Source: Hypanus sabinus (taxonomy: Eukaryota). Taken from it: a stretch of DNA of 64,000 nt. Made by a program: the position numbers and the translations under genes. A model generated the notes under the pieces. That model had not been told where the DNA came from, did no database searches, and saw only the letters and a list, made by a program, of their open reading frames with translations. Below are positions 12,545 through 25,849 of this stretch, one piece after another. Positions within the stretch are counted from its first letter, which is position 1; every line of letters begins with the position of its first letter. The DNA lies in the NCBI RefSeq assembly GCF_030144855.1, contig NC_082732.1:33294001-33358000 (forward strand), read 5' to 3'.

Positions 12545-13450
12545 TAAAAATTTCAAAGACAAAGTAAAATTTATCAGCTTAGAATGCATATGTTACTATA
12601 TCCTGCCTTGAGCTTCATTTTCTTTCAGGTATTTACATGAAAATAAAGAAATACAATAGAATTTATGAAAACTATACATAAGCAGAGACTGACAAACAAC
12701 TAATTTGCAAAATAAGACAAATTGTACAAATTTAAAAAAAATACCGAGAATATGAAATGTAAAATGTCCTTGAGAGTGGGTTTGTTAGTTGAGTTGTGAT
12801 GAGTGATGTTATCCACACTGGTTCAAGAGCCTAATAGTTGAAGGGTAAATAATTTTTCCTGATCCTGGTGGTGTGGGATTTAAGAGTTCTGTACTTCATG
12901 CCCAGTGGTAGTGGTGAGAAGAGAACATAGCCTGGTTAATGGAGCTCCTTGATGATGGATGCTGCTTTCTTGCGCTGACGGAGATTGTGGAGGAGAAAAT
13001 GTTGGCTATCTACTGACTGGGGTCTGCAACTGAGAAAATCAAAGATCCCAGTCATACAGGGAGGTACTGAGGCCCAGGTGTAGGAGCTTAGTGATGAGTT
13101 TTGAGGGGATGATAGTGTTGAATGCTGGGCTGTAGTCAATGGAGAGCATCTTCATTGTCCACATGTTCCAGAGTTGAGTGAAGGGCAAATGAAATGGAAC
13201 GTACTGTTGACCTGTTGTGAGTAAGTAAATTGGAGTGGATCTACGTCAGTCCTCAGGCAGGAGTTATTATGTTTCATGACCAACTACTTGAAACAATTCG
13301 TCACGGTAGATCTACGTGCTGCTGGATGATTGCTACTGAGGCAGGTGAGCACCTTCCTCTTGGGCACCAATATGATTAAAGCAGATGGGTAGCTTATATT
13401 GCCCAAGTGAGAGGCTGAAACTGTCTGTAAATACTCCAGCCAGTTGATTA
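12545..13450 (-). mobile_element. Rex1/Babar-type LINE fragments
   Basis: ORF 12936-13139 region (FNTIIPSKL-like, [21 protein letters not shown]) plus 3' UTR. Confidence 0.75.
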
Positions 13451-13819
13451 ACACAATAGATATCACCATGTTGCTTTGACTGCTTATCATTTACTTCTCA
13501 GTAAAGACCTCATTTGCCTTTTACTAAATAGCATTCACTGACCTTTAACCCATAGTGTTTGGGACAAACAGCAGTTCACATCTGGGTAGCAATTATTTAT
13601 TTGTTGTTTGAATAGTGAGAGTTTGTTTGCTTTATATCAGATCTTTGATATCTAAAATACTCAGTTAATGGAGTAGAACCAAAACAGTGAGTGAATGTAT
13701 AAGTTATTCCAATATCGCCTGAATCAGCACTTTACTGCTTTGCTGGCAAGGCAAGGAACCAATACATGTTTGCTCTTGACCTTTCTATACAACAGAATGA
13801 CACAATCTCAACAATCCAC

Positions 13820-14220
13820 ACTTCTGCTTCTCCGTCTTCAACAAAAGGCATTTTTCCTCCCTTTCCAACATCTAAGATAGCAAACTTCATCAACTCTTGA
13901 ATTCTTGTACTCCTGATGTTTCCTGTCTGCTCTATTTCATCTGAAACCCATCACCCCGCAGTGCTTTTAGCATCCCATTGTGATCTTCCCCACTCTGATC
14001 CTAATGATTACTTCTCAGCAGAGGCTTCAGCTTTGTCTTTCTATGTCCCCACAGTAAATTCTAAACCCACCTTACATATCCTTCATCTTTGTACCCACTT
14101 CTTTAGCCACATGTCCTTACCCCCGGATATGGATCTTCTATCTTAAGAAGTTCCAATCTGTTTGGACCCCTTTTTCCAGATACAATCCCATTCTAGATCT
14201 ATTCATTAACATTCTCATTT
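13820..14220 (+). mobile_element. Highly decayed Penelope ORF N-terminal relic
   Basis: Traces of DLP.SD...LSRGFSFV and LDLFIN motifs in shifting frames. Confidence 0.45.
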
Positions 14221-14254
14221 TATTCACTCTAACCTATTGTTTAATGAACTTGCA

Positions 14255-15600
14255 ATAAACATTGATTGGTCAGACCACACTTGGAGTATTGTGTGCAGTT
14301 TTGGGCCCCTTATCAAAGAGCGTGGCATGGTGGACATGCGTTTCTACCAAAGGAGGTGTAAGGTGCTCCTTCCCTCCATTAGCCTGCAGGTCACTCTTGG
14401 GCAAGGTGTAGCACTTGCTTAGCCCTCGATCAGGGTCACATGAAGCCATGGGACGAGTTGGTGGATGGTCATATGCGCAGCTGATTCTGCAACCACTGAC
14501 CTCAAGCAGACAATCTTTGAAGAGTATTGATAATGGCTGGCTCACCCATCTTGTAAAGCCACTTCCTAGAAGAAGACAACGGCAAACCACATCTGTAGAA
14601 AAGATTTGCCAAGAACAATCATAGTCATTGGGCCATGGTTGCCCACATCAAATGACATAGTACATAGTGATGAGGCTAATCGAAGGCAGGATGTGCTGGC
14701 ATTGGAGAGGGTCCAGAGAAGCTTCAAGAGAATGACCCTAAGAATGAAAGGGTTAACATGAGGAGTGTTTGACAGCTCTGGGCTGCAGAATTCTATCAGG
14801 TTTCCCCTCAGTTTCTGCTGCTCGAGACAAAACAATCCATGTTTGTCCAGCTTCTCCTGATAGCTGATGCTCTCTAATCCAGGCAACATCCTGATGAACA
14901 CCTTCTGCACCCTCTCTACAGTCTTCACCTTCTTCCGATAATGAGGTGACTGGAATTTCACACGATACTTCACATGTGGCCTAATGGAAGTTTCATGCAG
15001 CAGTCACATGAATCCCTGACTTGAACTCAAATTTCCTGTCTTATATTTATTTATGGATTCTTTCCACATATCACATTTCAAGTAATTTCTGATAAAGATC
15101 AGAGTGTGGTCAAACTACAATCATCTACTGTGGAGCAATATTAGAGCTATTTTTGCAAGGTTCATTACCTTAATTTTGATGGCTCTGGGCTTGTACTGGC
15201 TGGAGTTCAGAAGAATGAGAGGGGGAGGATGCATTGGAAACCTATCAAATATTGAAAGGCTTAGAAAGGATGTAGAGAAAATGTTTTTTATAGTGGGGGA
15301 GTCTAGGACCAGAGGGCACAGAACAGAAGAATGTCCCTTTAGAACAGAGAAATTTCTTTAGCCAGAAGGCAATGAATCCATGGAATGTGTTGCTATAGAT
15401 GGCTGTGGGGGCAAAGACATTGGGTAGATTTAAAGGGGTGTGTATATTTAAAGTGTATCTTGATTAGTAAGGTAATCAAATGTTATGTGGAGAAGGCAAG
15501 AGAATGGTGTTGAGAGGATAATAAATCAGCCATGATAGAATGGTGGAGTAGACTTGATGGGCCAAATGGCCTAATTCTGCTCCTATGTCTTATAGTTTTA
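14255..15600 (+). mobile_element. Fragmented CR1 LINE (14255-14318, 14680-14790, 15160-15600) with nested SINE and an opposite-strand CR1 piece (14790-15035)
   Basis: Motifs VRPHLEYCVQFW, DVLALERVQR and LGLYWLEFRRMRG; ORF 14566-14973 covers the minus-strand piece. Confidence 0.8.
14320..14675 (+). mobile_element. SINE-like element with RTE-type tail (same family as 1212-1520)
   Basis: Direct similarity to the reverse complement of 1212-1520; interrupts a CR1 reading frame. Confidence 0.7.
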
Positions 15601-16004
15601 CTTAACAACACCTCACTGTGTCTGATTCTCCGTGGTACATTAGGTTCCTCATAAATTAAATATTTCCCTTTACACTGTCTCCGTTCTCCAGAAACAACTT
15701 GAATGAGTTTGTAAAACTTGGGTATGTAAACAAGGGGCTTCTTTTTATATCTGACTGTGTGATATTCCTGTGAACTTTATTGTCATATAAATTTTATTGA
15801 AGTCAATGTGGACGATAATTTGCTTTTATCATATTTCTTGAAAGAAAGATCTTGCATTTGTCAAACATTTCACCCGGTAAAGTACTTTTAAAATACATTT
15901 ACTATTGTTACAGGGAGGGGGTGGGGAGAGCCATGGAGGAACCCCCCCCCCCGCCCAAATCTTTTTCAAACAGTATTACCAGATCTTTGACAACCACCTA
16001 TCAT

Positions 16005-16150
16005 TTGAGTGACAGCACAGAAGTGCCTTAGTGCTGAGAGGCATGAACATGTCAGCCTGGATTTCACGCTCCAGTCTCTAGAGTGAGGTTTGAACTTGGG
16101 ACCTGCTGATCCTGAGGCAAAATTGCAGTCTATTAAAGTGTGATTGACAT
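16005..16150 (-). mobile_element. Old DeuSINE/SacSINE-like relic (other traces at about 4255-4350, 12015-12080, 12360-12530, 50225-50305)
   Basis: gacagcacagaagtgccttagtgctg...tgtcagcctgga...tttgaac resembles the reverse complement of the recalled Deu domain and tRNA head. Confidence 0.55.
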
Positions 16151-16274
16151 CTCGTTCAGAGGCGTTCAATGATTGTGTGTTTGTCAGTCTCACCAACTGA
16201 AGCCCTTCTAATTATTATGAATCTAAGGGGAATGAAAGTTCTTAAAAAGTTCCTCCAACTTGTTCCAGTGAAAA

Positions 16275-16950
16275 GCTAAGATGAGGAAACGCACACCAGT
16301 CCTCAGAGGGATCAAAACTAGAAAGAGTGAACAATTTCAAGTTCCTGGTGTCGCCATCTCTGAGGATCTATCCTGGTCCCAACGTATCAATGCAAAGAAG
16401 GCATGACAGCGGCTATATATCATTTGGAGTTTGATGTGATCACCGAAGTTTCTGCATATGTATGGCAGAGAGCATTCTAACTGGCTGCATCACTGTCTGG
16501 TAGGGGGAGGGGGGGATACCGCACAGGATCGAAAGAAGCTGCAGAGAGTTGTGAACTTAGTCAGTTCCATCATGGGCCTCCGTAGCATCCAGGACATTTT
16601 CAAGGAGCGATATCTCAAAAAGGTAGCATCCATCATTAAGGATGCCCAACACCCAGATAATGCCCTCTTCTCATTGCTACCATCAGGGAGGAAGTACAGG
16701 AACCTGAAAGCACACGCTGAACAATTCAGGAACATATTCAGCCCCTCGGTCATCAGATTTCTGAATGGACATTGAATCTATGAACACTACCTCACTACTT
16801 TTTTGCACTACTTATTTAATATAGCTATTTAAGAATTATATATTACGTAATGTAATTCATAGTTCATATTATTATGTATTGCATTGTACTGCGGCTGCAC
16901 AAACAACCAATTTCACAGCATGTGCCGGTGATCTTAAACCTGATTCTGAA
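16275..16950 (+). mobile_element. Rex1/Babar-type LINE 3' fragment
   Basis: ORF 16458-16775: QDRKKLQRVV...KVASIIKDAQHPDNALFSLLPSGRKYR. Confidence 0.88.
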
Positions 16951-18859
16951 GGACATGTTGGTGACAAGTTACAAGCTTGTTACTATAGTCTGAACTGAAT
17001 TGTGTGAGTGCTGGTCTGCGGGATTCTGTCATGCTCTTGGTCTTATCTGCACAAACACTAATGTTGGCGTTATTGAGTGGGTAGGTAGCAGGTCCAGTTG
17101 GTGTTAGCAGTGGTCTTGTAGATCAATAAGAAAATCAGAAGTGATTTTTTTTCTCTCTCTTCACTGTCTAGTATAATTTATGTATAATTTTTATTCAGTC
17201 GTCTGTATCTATATGCCCATGATGCTGTTTCAAACAACTTTTGTTATTGTGTTGTACCCCTCTGTACTTGTGCCCATGAGAATGAACTCGACTTGAGGGT
17301 TCAGTGTGTCAAACGGCAGCTGTGAAAAAGAATATTCAGAGGAGTTAATGGATCAGTCCCTGTTAGAGCGTTTTTTTTGGGGTTTCGGACATATAGGAAA
17401 ATATGCACCTTCAACCTTCAGGTTTGAGTATGCATTGAAGGTTACTTTTAAAATTTAGCTCCAAACAGGAGAATGCAGACCGGACAGACAGTAAGTATAG
17501 ACGTAATTTTTTAAGTAGTTCAATTAAACAAGTAGTGCAAAAAAGTAGTGAGTTAGTGTTTATGGTTTCAATGTCCATTCAGAGATCTGATGGCAGAGGG
17601 GAAGAAGCTGTTCCTGAATCATTCAGTGCGTGCCTTCAGGCTCCTGTACCTTAACTATCTGTCTACATATGCACAAATCCAATCAACATCCTTTTGCATA
17701 GATACAACAGTAATTAACACTTATTTTGGGTGTGATGGTGGGAAGATCCAGGCATTTGAAACTATTACATGTAGTTCAAAGGAAGCATTGTAAACATGGA
17801 TTTATTTGAATTGTCCCAACTTACTGGTGATATTTTTGGTTGAATAAAGAGCCTACTTCATGTCTACCAGTACTTCAGTCACAAACACCAGTCCCGATAT
17901 CAGAACAGTCTGGGGAAAAAACTCTAATGAGAGTATACTCCATAGATTTTGTCTGACTAGCTAAATATCTTCAGCATCTTTTTTTATTCCGATTTCCATC
18001 ACCTGCAGTATCATACTTCTTGAGCACTGCATGTGGGGGAAAGATACATCACATGCTAAAATATTTCTTAATCATTCTCTCTCACTTGTGCTTAAGCCTA
18101 TGGTGAGACCCTTTTTAATTGCTTTTACCTTACTAGGGATCTTTTATGTCAGGAGTCCACTTGAGCTACTTTAGGGATTGGAAAATGAAGTGAAGGGGTC
18201 CATTCAGTCCCTTGAGCCTGACTCAGTATCACAACAGACAGATATTGTTACTTACATATCAACGTTGTATAAGGCATTATAAAATACCCACCTAGTTAAC
18301 AATATACAGCAAATGAGCAATCTAAAGAGTGGTACAAGAGCTGATTTATTTCTGCTTGGAATTTTAATTGTCAAGTAGAATTGATAGCTGATTCACATCT
18401 GTTTTAAATGTAGTATTTAATGGTGTAACTGCCTTTCATTTTAGGAATACACCTTGTGCTTTGCAAAGCTTTTGAAATTTGCTCCAAGGCTGTATGCTAA
18501 GCCTCTGATTGATTGTGAGCTGCATGCTGCCTGCCTTGATGAGAGGGTTGTACAGCTCAGATAGCTTTACTGGGCCTGAGTATTCAGACACAAGGACTGC
18601 AGGCCCAGAGGTGGCCTATCCTGGGGCTGGAGGCTTGTATGTGTGTGTGTTTAAGTGGGAGGGTCTTGCTCTATCGTTTTGTTGTTGTCATTTGGTGTTT
18701 GTGTTGTTCTGTGCAATATTCTGGGGATGCTATGTTTTCACTGGAACGTGTGGCAAAACTTGTGGGCTGTCCTCAGTGCATCCTTTGGTGTGCTGGTTGT
18801 TAATGCAAATGCTGCATTTCACTGCATGTTTCGGTGTACCTATGATAAATAAGTATTAA

Positions 18860-19145
18860 TCATAGAAAAGTACAGCACAGAAGTGGGCCCTTTGGCCTGT
18901 CTGGTCCGTGCTGAACAATTTAAACATCAACCTGCACCAGAACCATAGCCCTCCATACTGCTACCATCCATGTACCTATCCAAACTTCTCTTAAACATTG
19001 AAATCGAGCTTGTGTGCACCACTTGCACTGGCAGCTCGTTCTACACTCTCATGGCCCTCTTGCCTCATGTTCCCCTTAAGCTTTTTAACTTTTCAGCCTT
19101 AACCCGTGACTTCTGGTTGTAGTCTCTACTCAACCTCTGTGGAAA
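18860..19145 (-). mobile_element. CR1 3' end fragment
   Basis: catagaaaagtacagcacagaa..ggccc tail; caccacttgcactggcagctcgttc. Confidence 0.75.
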
Positions 19146-19469
19146 AAGAATGCATTGTATCAGTGTTTGGGATAGCTCTTTCTGATTTTGTACTGGCAGT
19201 GCAGCACCTCACCTGCTTGAAATTCAGAGCTAGCCAAAGACCCCTTGGATTTTTGTCCAAGGTGGAGATAAGCTTGAAAGTGCAAGGGAAAGAGGATTAG
19301 AATGCAAGGATGTGTCGTAATTTCATTCAGCCATGAATAGTCATCTGAATGGAATCTGTAGGGAAACTTTTATTGCCTCATGGCTTCTAATACTTCGTAT
19401 GAGTTGTCGGCGATAAATAATGTAAAATATGGTCATTGAATTTAAAGAGTCTTTTAACCACATTCTTCA

Positions 19470-19850
19470 AACAAATTGCTGGAGGAACTCAGCTGATCAA
19501 GCAGCATTTGTGAAGGAAAAGAACAGTTGATGTTACCCAAAAAATGATGTCCTTCATTCCTCCCCCACCTGTCACCCAGCAGCTCCCATTTCACCTCTCC
19601 CACTGCATTCATAGTCCTGATGCAAGGTCACGACCCAAAATGTCAACTACGATTTAGTCTCCACAGCAACATGCACAAAATGCTGGAGGAACTCAGCGGG
19701 TCAGGCAGCATCTATGGAAGCGAATAAAGAGTTGAGATTTTGGGCCGAGACCCTTCATCAGGACCTCCGCAACTGAGACTGTTTGACCTACTGAGTTTCT
19801 CCAACAGTTTGCTTGTTGATCCAGATTCTAACATCTGCAGCTTCTCTTGT
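19470..19850. mobile_element. Cluster of three Penelope terminal modules in alternating orientation, with decayed hammerhead motifs
   Basis: tgctggaggaactcagc x2 (minus-oriented modules) and a plus-oriented module agtcctgatgcaaggtcacgacccaaaatgtcaact...tgagtttctccaaca split by the second. Confidence 0.75.
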
Positions 19851-20971
19851 GGCTGCTTTCTTCTGTTGCATGATGGTAGGAACACTGCAAACCATTACTA
19901 ATGTTAAGATCAGATACCCTCATTACCCAAATGCTGGAGAACAGATGTGACCCTCAGATACGAGCTAGAACTTTGCTTTTTGGTATCCGATGTTGTTAAG
20001 CATCTTATAATTCGATTAGGCTTTCCGTATTGGCAACCACTGAAGTTTTAAAGTATCACTTCTGTATTTAAATTCTAACCAATTCTAGTCCTGCTCAGGA
20101 ATGTCCACACGCTTTGCAGCTCATTGACATCAGATAGTTAAATTGTTGGGGGATGTAAGGTATTAGTTTGTAAAATTGTTTTCTGTGAATGAGAAGGTCT
20201 AAGCAGCTGTTTATATGAGTTGTTTTTCTGTCTGTTGCTATACTCCGTCTAATGGAAGGAGGAGTGACATTTGAAAGGGCTGGTAACCACTCGACTGGAG
20301 TAGTTATTCAGATTCTGGACATGGTTTTCTTTACAAAGTGGAGTTATATCTGATATCTTGAGACTCAGTTGGGGGTGCAACCATCTCATCCCTTATGATG
20401 CCAAGTTTGTGGATTATGCTCACCTGTGTTGTTGATTTTGAAGTACGATGGTGGTAGGTTAGAGAACAGTCACAAGTCACTCTGAGGCAGATCTGTGTTG
20501 GGTAATGAGGCACTCTTTTCTCTGCAGATGATGTTGTGTGGCTTATGATTGCCATGATAAAGAGCTGAGATGGTGGATTTGGTGGGGTTTGGTTACACTT
20601 ATGAAAGCAGCCGGCCATTGATAACAGTTCACATTAAACCAGTTGGAAATGAGGTAGACTGAAATATGAGAAGCAATTATCGTGCAGTATGTAAGGGCCT
20701 GAGACTGACCAGAGCAAACATGTCTGCAATCTATTTCCCATGTTGAATCTCTTTTGTTCAATGTTACTGTTGAAGTGTGAATTGGAGGTACTTCAGTGCA
20801 TACAGTAGGATGAGGTGTGTCTGGACAGTTTGCTTGTAGACAGGTTGACGACTGCGAGGGGGACTGTTGTGAATGGTGGTGTACAGGTTGAGAGGTACCG
20901 ATATATGATAGAGAACGAGGGTAATGTTACTAACCTACAGGAATAATCTAACTGGCAACTATTAACATTAG

Positions 20972-21240
20972 AGAGTCAGCAGATGCTGGAAATCCAATGC
21001 AACATGCACAAAATGCTGGAGGAACTTGGAAGGTCAGGCGTACTCCATGGAAGTGAATAAACAGTCGACGTTTCAGGCCGAGATCCTTCTTCAGGACTGA
21101 AAAGGAAGGGGGAAGATGTCAGAATAAGGAAGTGGAGGGAGGGAAAGCAGTCTTGTTTGAAGCTGATAAGTGAAATTAGATGTGTTGAAGAAGTAGTCTT
21201 GAAGAAGGTGCCTGTCAGTTCTGCCAGCATTGTGTGTGTG
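20972..21240 (-). mobile_element. Penelope-like element terminal module
   Basis: gcagatgctggaaatcc...cacaaaatgctggaggaact...gacgtttcaggccgaga; reverse-complement match to 52620-52760. Confidence 0.85.
21062..21099 (-). ncRNA. Minimal type I hammerhead ribozyme motif (PLE-associated), intact
   Basis: Minus strand: CAGUC-CUGAAGA-AGG-AUCUCGG-CCU-GAAA-CG-UC-GACUG. It has a 5-bp stem I, conserved core, 3-bp stem II, palindromic ACGU stem III and a GUC cleavage triplet. Activity is untested. Confidence 0.75.
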
Positions 21241-21594
21241 TGTGGCCAATGATTAAGTTAAGGGTGAAAAGACAGATAGAGTGGTGTGACGAAGAGGGAG
21301 TCAAAGTCACCAGCGTAACTCTGGGAATAGAATGACATGTTCTGTTTGGAATAGCTCCTCAGGCTAGGACTGAGGAAGGAATAAATAGAAAGGTCCGTAC
21401 ACTTCAAAGTAACAAATGAGGGAGAGAGTCCGAGGGAAAAAATGATGATAATCATGATTATAATACAAATTAAAGGGAAGGTAGCAGAATATAAGACAGA
21501 AGTTTAGCTTTAGGCTTTATGGAATAAAAGATAATTAAACCAGGAGAAAGAAAAAATAATGTCGTGCCAGTGGAGCAGAAGGTGTGGGGCCCAA

Positions 21595-21960
21595 AACTGA
21601 AACCTATCAAATATTGAAAGGCCTAGATAGAGTGGGTGTGATGATGTTTCCTATAGTGGAGGAGTTTAGGAGCAGAGGGACAAAGTCAGAATAGAAGGAT
21701 GTCCCTTAACAACAGAGCTGTGGAGGAATTTCTTTAGCCAGAGGGTGGTGAATCTGGAATTCATGGCCTCCACAGCCGTCTGTGGCAAAGTCATTAGGTA
21801 TATTTGAAGTTGATAGGTTCTTGATTAGTAAGGGTGTCAAAAGTTACGGGGAGAAGGCCGAAGAATGGGGTTGAGTGCGATAAGAAATCAGCCATGATGG
21901 AATGGCAGAACAAACTTGATGGACTGAATGGCCTAATTTTGCTCCTGTGTGTTGTGCTCT
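21595..21960 (+). mobile_element. CR1 3' fragment
   Basis: ETYQILKGLDR...RNFFSQRVVN and 3' UTR gaatggcctaatt. Confidence 0.85.
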
Positions 21961-23406
21961 TGTGTTCTAAAAGATGTGCTATGCAGCTTCAAGTTGGAGA
22001 GTTGGATTTAGTAATCACCTTTGAAACATGGCCACAATCAGTCCATAGAGAAGCAGTGAAAATGGCGAAGGGGGAAGAGCAACCCAAGTTAATAAAGTTG
22101 AAATAATTTCATTGCTCAGAAAGGATGTGGCATGAGATGAGCAATCTGCAAGGAATTAGGGAATAGAAGAGGATTCAAGACTTCAGTGAGCATTATGAAC
22201 AGTTGTGAAATCTTCAGTGGAGCAGCTGTGAAATGGTAGACTACATAAATCTAGTGATTAACCAAGCATGTGGCAAAGATACATCGTTTTGATGGAGGGT
22301 TTAACATGGATTGGGATAAATAAATTATCTCTTGTCAGAAAGGTAAAACATTTCTAGTGTACGGGATAGAATCTGGCAACGTGTAAGGCTAGAAGACAAG
22401 CTGTAATAAATGTAACACTGAATAATGAGCTGGATTTAGTTAAGAGCCTAGTGGTATGTGAATATTTATCTAAACGCTCTCAAAGTATGAGTTAGGTGCG
22501 GTTTTCAGAAAGGAAATACAAGAGTACAGCTATAAAGATTTTGTCCCTACGTTCTTAAGACCTGTGAATTTAGCAGTATTTGCAATTCTTATTACTGTTG
22601 TCTGGGAACTATGTACAGGGACATCATGGAGAGCTTTACATTGTTCAGCCCAATGCCCAGAGAGGGCGATGGGGTTATACAGGAGATCTGCTCTATATTC
22701 ATGCTGCATCTCCTCTCAAGGTTTTTGACTTGCTGTTGTGGAATTGGGGAGGGGAGGTGTGGTGGTGTGAGCTTTGCTAATTATCTAAGCCAAGCTGTAC
22801 TTACGTTACGACTGTCCCAAGGAGAAGCGCTGCTTCTGAGGAAGAATGATCAACCGCAGCTCAAAGGAAATCCAGTTTCTGCTCCTTTTTCAGGAATATT
22901 GCCACAGCTTTCAAAGGTTTCATTTTTTTTCCAAGCGAGAGATTTGGAGTAGCTTTTAACAGTTTATAATCTAATTCTTATGTAAGCTATTTCAGAGTGA
23001 AGTATATGTTTCACTGGAAAACCAAACCTCCTCCAGGAACATTCCAGAACATACAATATGGAGACAGAGAGAGTCTGTTGCTATGATACAAATAATTTAT
23101 CAGGATTAGTAGATAAACAAGGGAGATGTTTTGACCTGTGTGTATTGGACCATAATTGGATACAACGCAATTTTGAAATGATAAAACTTTTCCCAAAAGG
23201 GCAGATAGTGAGATGTCTGGTGGAATTCTGTATGAGTAGTTTTTTCTTGTAAACCTTCTCCTCCACTCCCGGGTAAGTGTAAAAGCTAGATTGATGTTTG
23301 AAGGATGATAACTCCTTCTCACCCTGCAAGGTCTGTGAGCACAGTAGGGTTTTCCCTGCTGTGTCTGTATCTTTCCCTCATGTAGAAACATATTACACAT
23401 TTGATC

Positions 23407-23411
<5 letters not shown>

Positions 23412-23440
<29 letters not shown>
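23412..23440. repeat. (TG)n microsatellite
   Basis: About 14 TG units. Confidence 0.95.
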
Positions 23441-23441
<1 letters not shown>

Positions 23442-24249
23442 GGCACTTGAAAGAGTCTGTGGAGGGTCCCGAGACAGGGACTCAACCCAAAATGTTGGCG
23501 ATTTCATTGCCTCTACTGAGGCTGCTTGACGTGCTAAGTTCCTCCAATGGTCTGCTTTTTGCTCTGGATTCCAGCATCTGTAGTGTCTTGCATCTCCGAG
23601 AGGGCACTTGGCTGTATTTTGTATGCAATATTATTACCAATAGCTACCCTTTTAACTCATAACCATAAATGATGTGCAGCAGTGCTGTTAAATCAACTCC
23701 TGAAGGCTTTGTTTCAGAAGATTTAAATTTGAGAGGACTGGTTCTTAAATTAAGTTGAAGGGAAAACTTCTTCACTCAGTGGGCCGTGAGAGTGTGGAAC
23801 AAGTTGTCTGTTCAAGAGGTGCATGTGAGCTCGATTTCATCATTTCAGGGAAGTTTGAATAGATACATGGATAGTAGGGGCATGGAGGTTGATGGGAATA
23901 GATGGGGACTAGATGGGCTGAAGGGCCTGTTTCAGTGCTGTACTTTTTTATGACTCTAATTCTGTTATTTATTGTAGCTCCCATGATTTCTTATCTCTCA
24001 CATTCCAGCTTTGTGAAAATGAATGTGTTTGAAAATATTATTTCATCCGTTTATCTGGATAAGTTGCTTTTCCAAGGTTGGGTGGGCCTTCGTTGATCCT
24101 GTTACAGTTACTACTCCATAGATTTGTTGAGTATGCCCACAAGAAAAGGAATGTCAGGGTGTGTATGATGACATATATGTACTTTGGCAATAAAACTCAC
24201 TTAGAACCTTGCAATATAATCTGAGGTAGAATTAGGACTTTTTTAGGTG

Positions 24250-24590
24250 ATTTTCAGAACATAATTGCATTGGGAAGAAGCTGCTGCTGCTGAATCTTAA
24301 GGTCTAGGCTTTCTGGTTTGTGCAGCTTCAGCCTAATGGCAGCTGTAAGAAGGCGATATGGCCCAAATGGTGGTTGGGGTGGTGGTCGTGGAATTATTGA
24401 TGATGGAGGCAGCCTTCTGGAGGCATTGCCTCTTGTAGATGGGGGGAGAGTTGTATCAATGATGGAACTAGCTATGTTCACCACTCTCTGTAGCCTCTTG
24501 TGTTCCGGTACAGGGAAGTTTTCATCCCAGGCAGCGATGCAACCAGTCGGAATGCTTTCCATTGTACATTTGTCAGTCTTTGAACACATA
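24250..24590 (-). mobile_element. Rex1/Babar-type LINE fragment
   Basis: ORF 24254-24589: ESIPTGCIAAW...KRLQRVVNIASSII. Confidence 0.85.
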
Positions 24591-24959
24591 ATTAATTAAC
24601 AGTTTCTTTGCTCTTTCTTCTTGCACCTTTTATTCCAACTCGCCATAAATTCCCAGTTGAGGTAGAAAGTAGAGGAAAAAATCCCTGTGATTGGGAAAAA
24701 AAAATACATAAAGAAACTCTTCCCAAATTCCTCACTGCAATTGCTCAAATTCTAGGAGATCTGCAGTCAGCCAAGATGTGTTGCAGAGCAGGCTAAATTA
24801 ACAAACAAGTCCCTTTATTGTCTTCTTCCCTTAGTAACATTCATAAATATTTCCTTTGTAATCCAGTCCATTTATTCTTTTTAACTTTGAGAATGTCCTG
24901 AATTGAGGGCCCTGTTCTCTCAGTGGAGAGTAGATTAGCTCTTGTGGTGGACAGTGGGT

Positions 24960-25470
24960 CTTTAGAGGCGTATGTGGTGTCCAGGGAGGGGTAGCACCTC
25001 TGGTGAAAAGGTGTGTCGTGTCCATTCTGGAGCAGTTCACTCAGTTTCGGACCCCACTGGACACTCAGCTCACACTTGTGGCTTCAAGTAGTTATTTGCA
25101 CGCAACAGCAGCCACACCCTGGTACACTGCTTTGACAGGCAGGCTAAATCAGCCAAGGGTATGTAGCAGGCCTCATACCCCGGTGAGATGGAGGCAAGCC
25201 TGTCACTGCATATGAAGTCACCTCTGGCAGATTGGGTGGATGAGATCCAACAGCTGGGAAGGTGGTTCTTCATCACTCTGTGGAGAGCAAAGGGCATGGC
25301 AAGGCGCAGAAGGAATCATAGTCACCCACTGCAAACAAGAAAGACCCCAGTTTGTGATGAAACTCCTAAAACTGAACCCAGACCTCTGAGGCTGAGAGAG
25401 TGGAACTGCCCCAGCTCCACTTTAAAATCTTTCCTGCACTGGTCTCCTGCCATGGCTGGATATGACAGAC
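24960..25470 (+). mobile_element. GC-rich interspersed repeat resembling a non-LTR retroelement 5' UTR derivative (RTE/Vingi-like)
   Basis: Abrupt GC rise; internal complementary blocks gtgtccag/ctggacac and tgtggct/agccaca. Family is assigned only from memory. Confidence 0.45.
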
Positions 25471-25849
25471 AACATGCATTTGAGGTACATCTGCAGCCTT
25501 GAATTTCCATTCCTGAGCATTGTGGATTTTTGCTTTTCAGACGGCTTTGATCTTAAATCCAGGTATTCAGCAAAAGCTTGTGGAAGAAGTGAAAGCAATG
25601 AATTTAATTTCTCTAGTGCAACATTTGTTCCCCCCCCCCCCTTGACATATAGCAGATACTAGCTAATAATTATGAACTATTCATCTGCTCTGAGGGAGGG
25701 GATAGAAGGTATGAAGTTTTGTAGAGGAACAGGACAAGAAAGGAGACTGATAGGGTTCATAACAGTGGCAAGTGGAGATGACTTCAGTCAAAGGCAGAAT
25801 CAAAAACTCACGACACCTGAGAAGGAACAAAAAAATATGAGGCAAGTTC

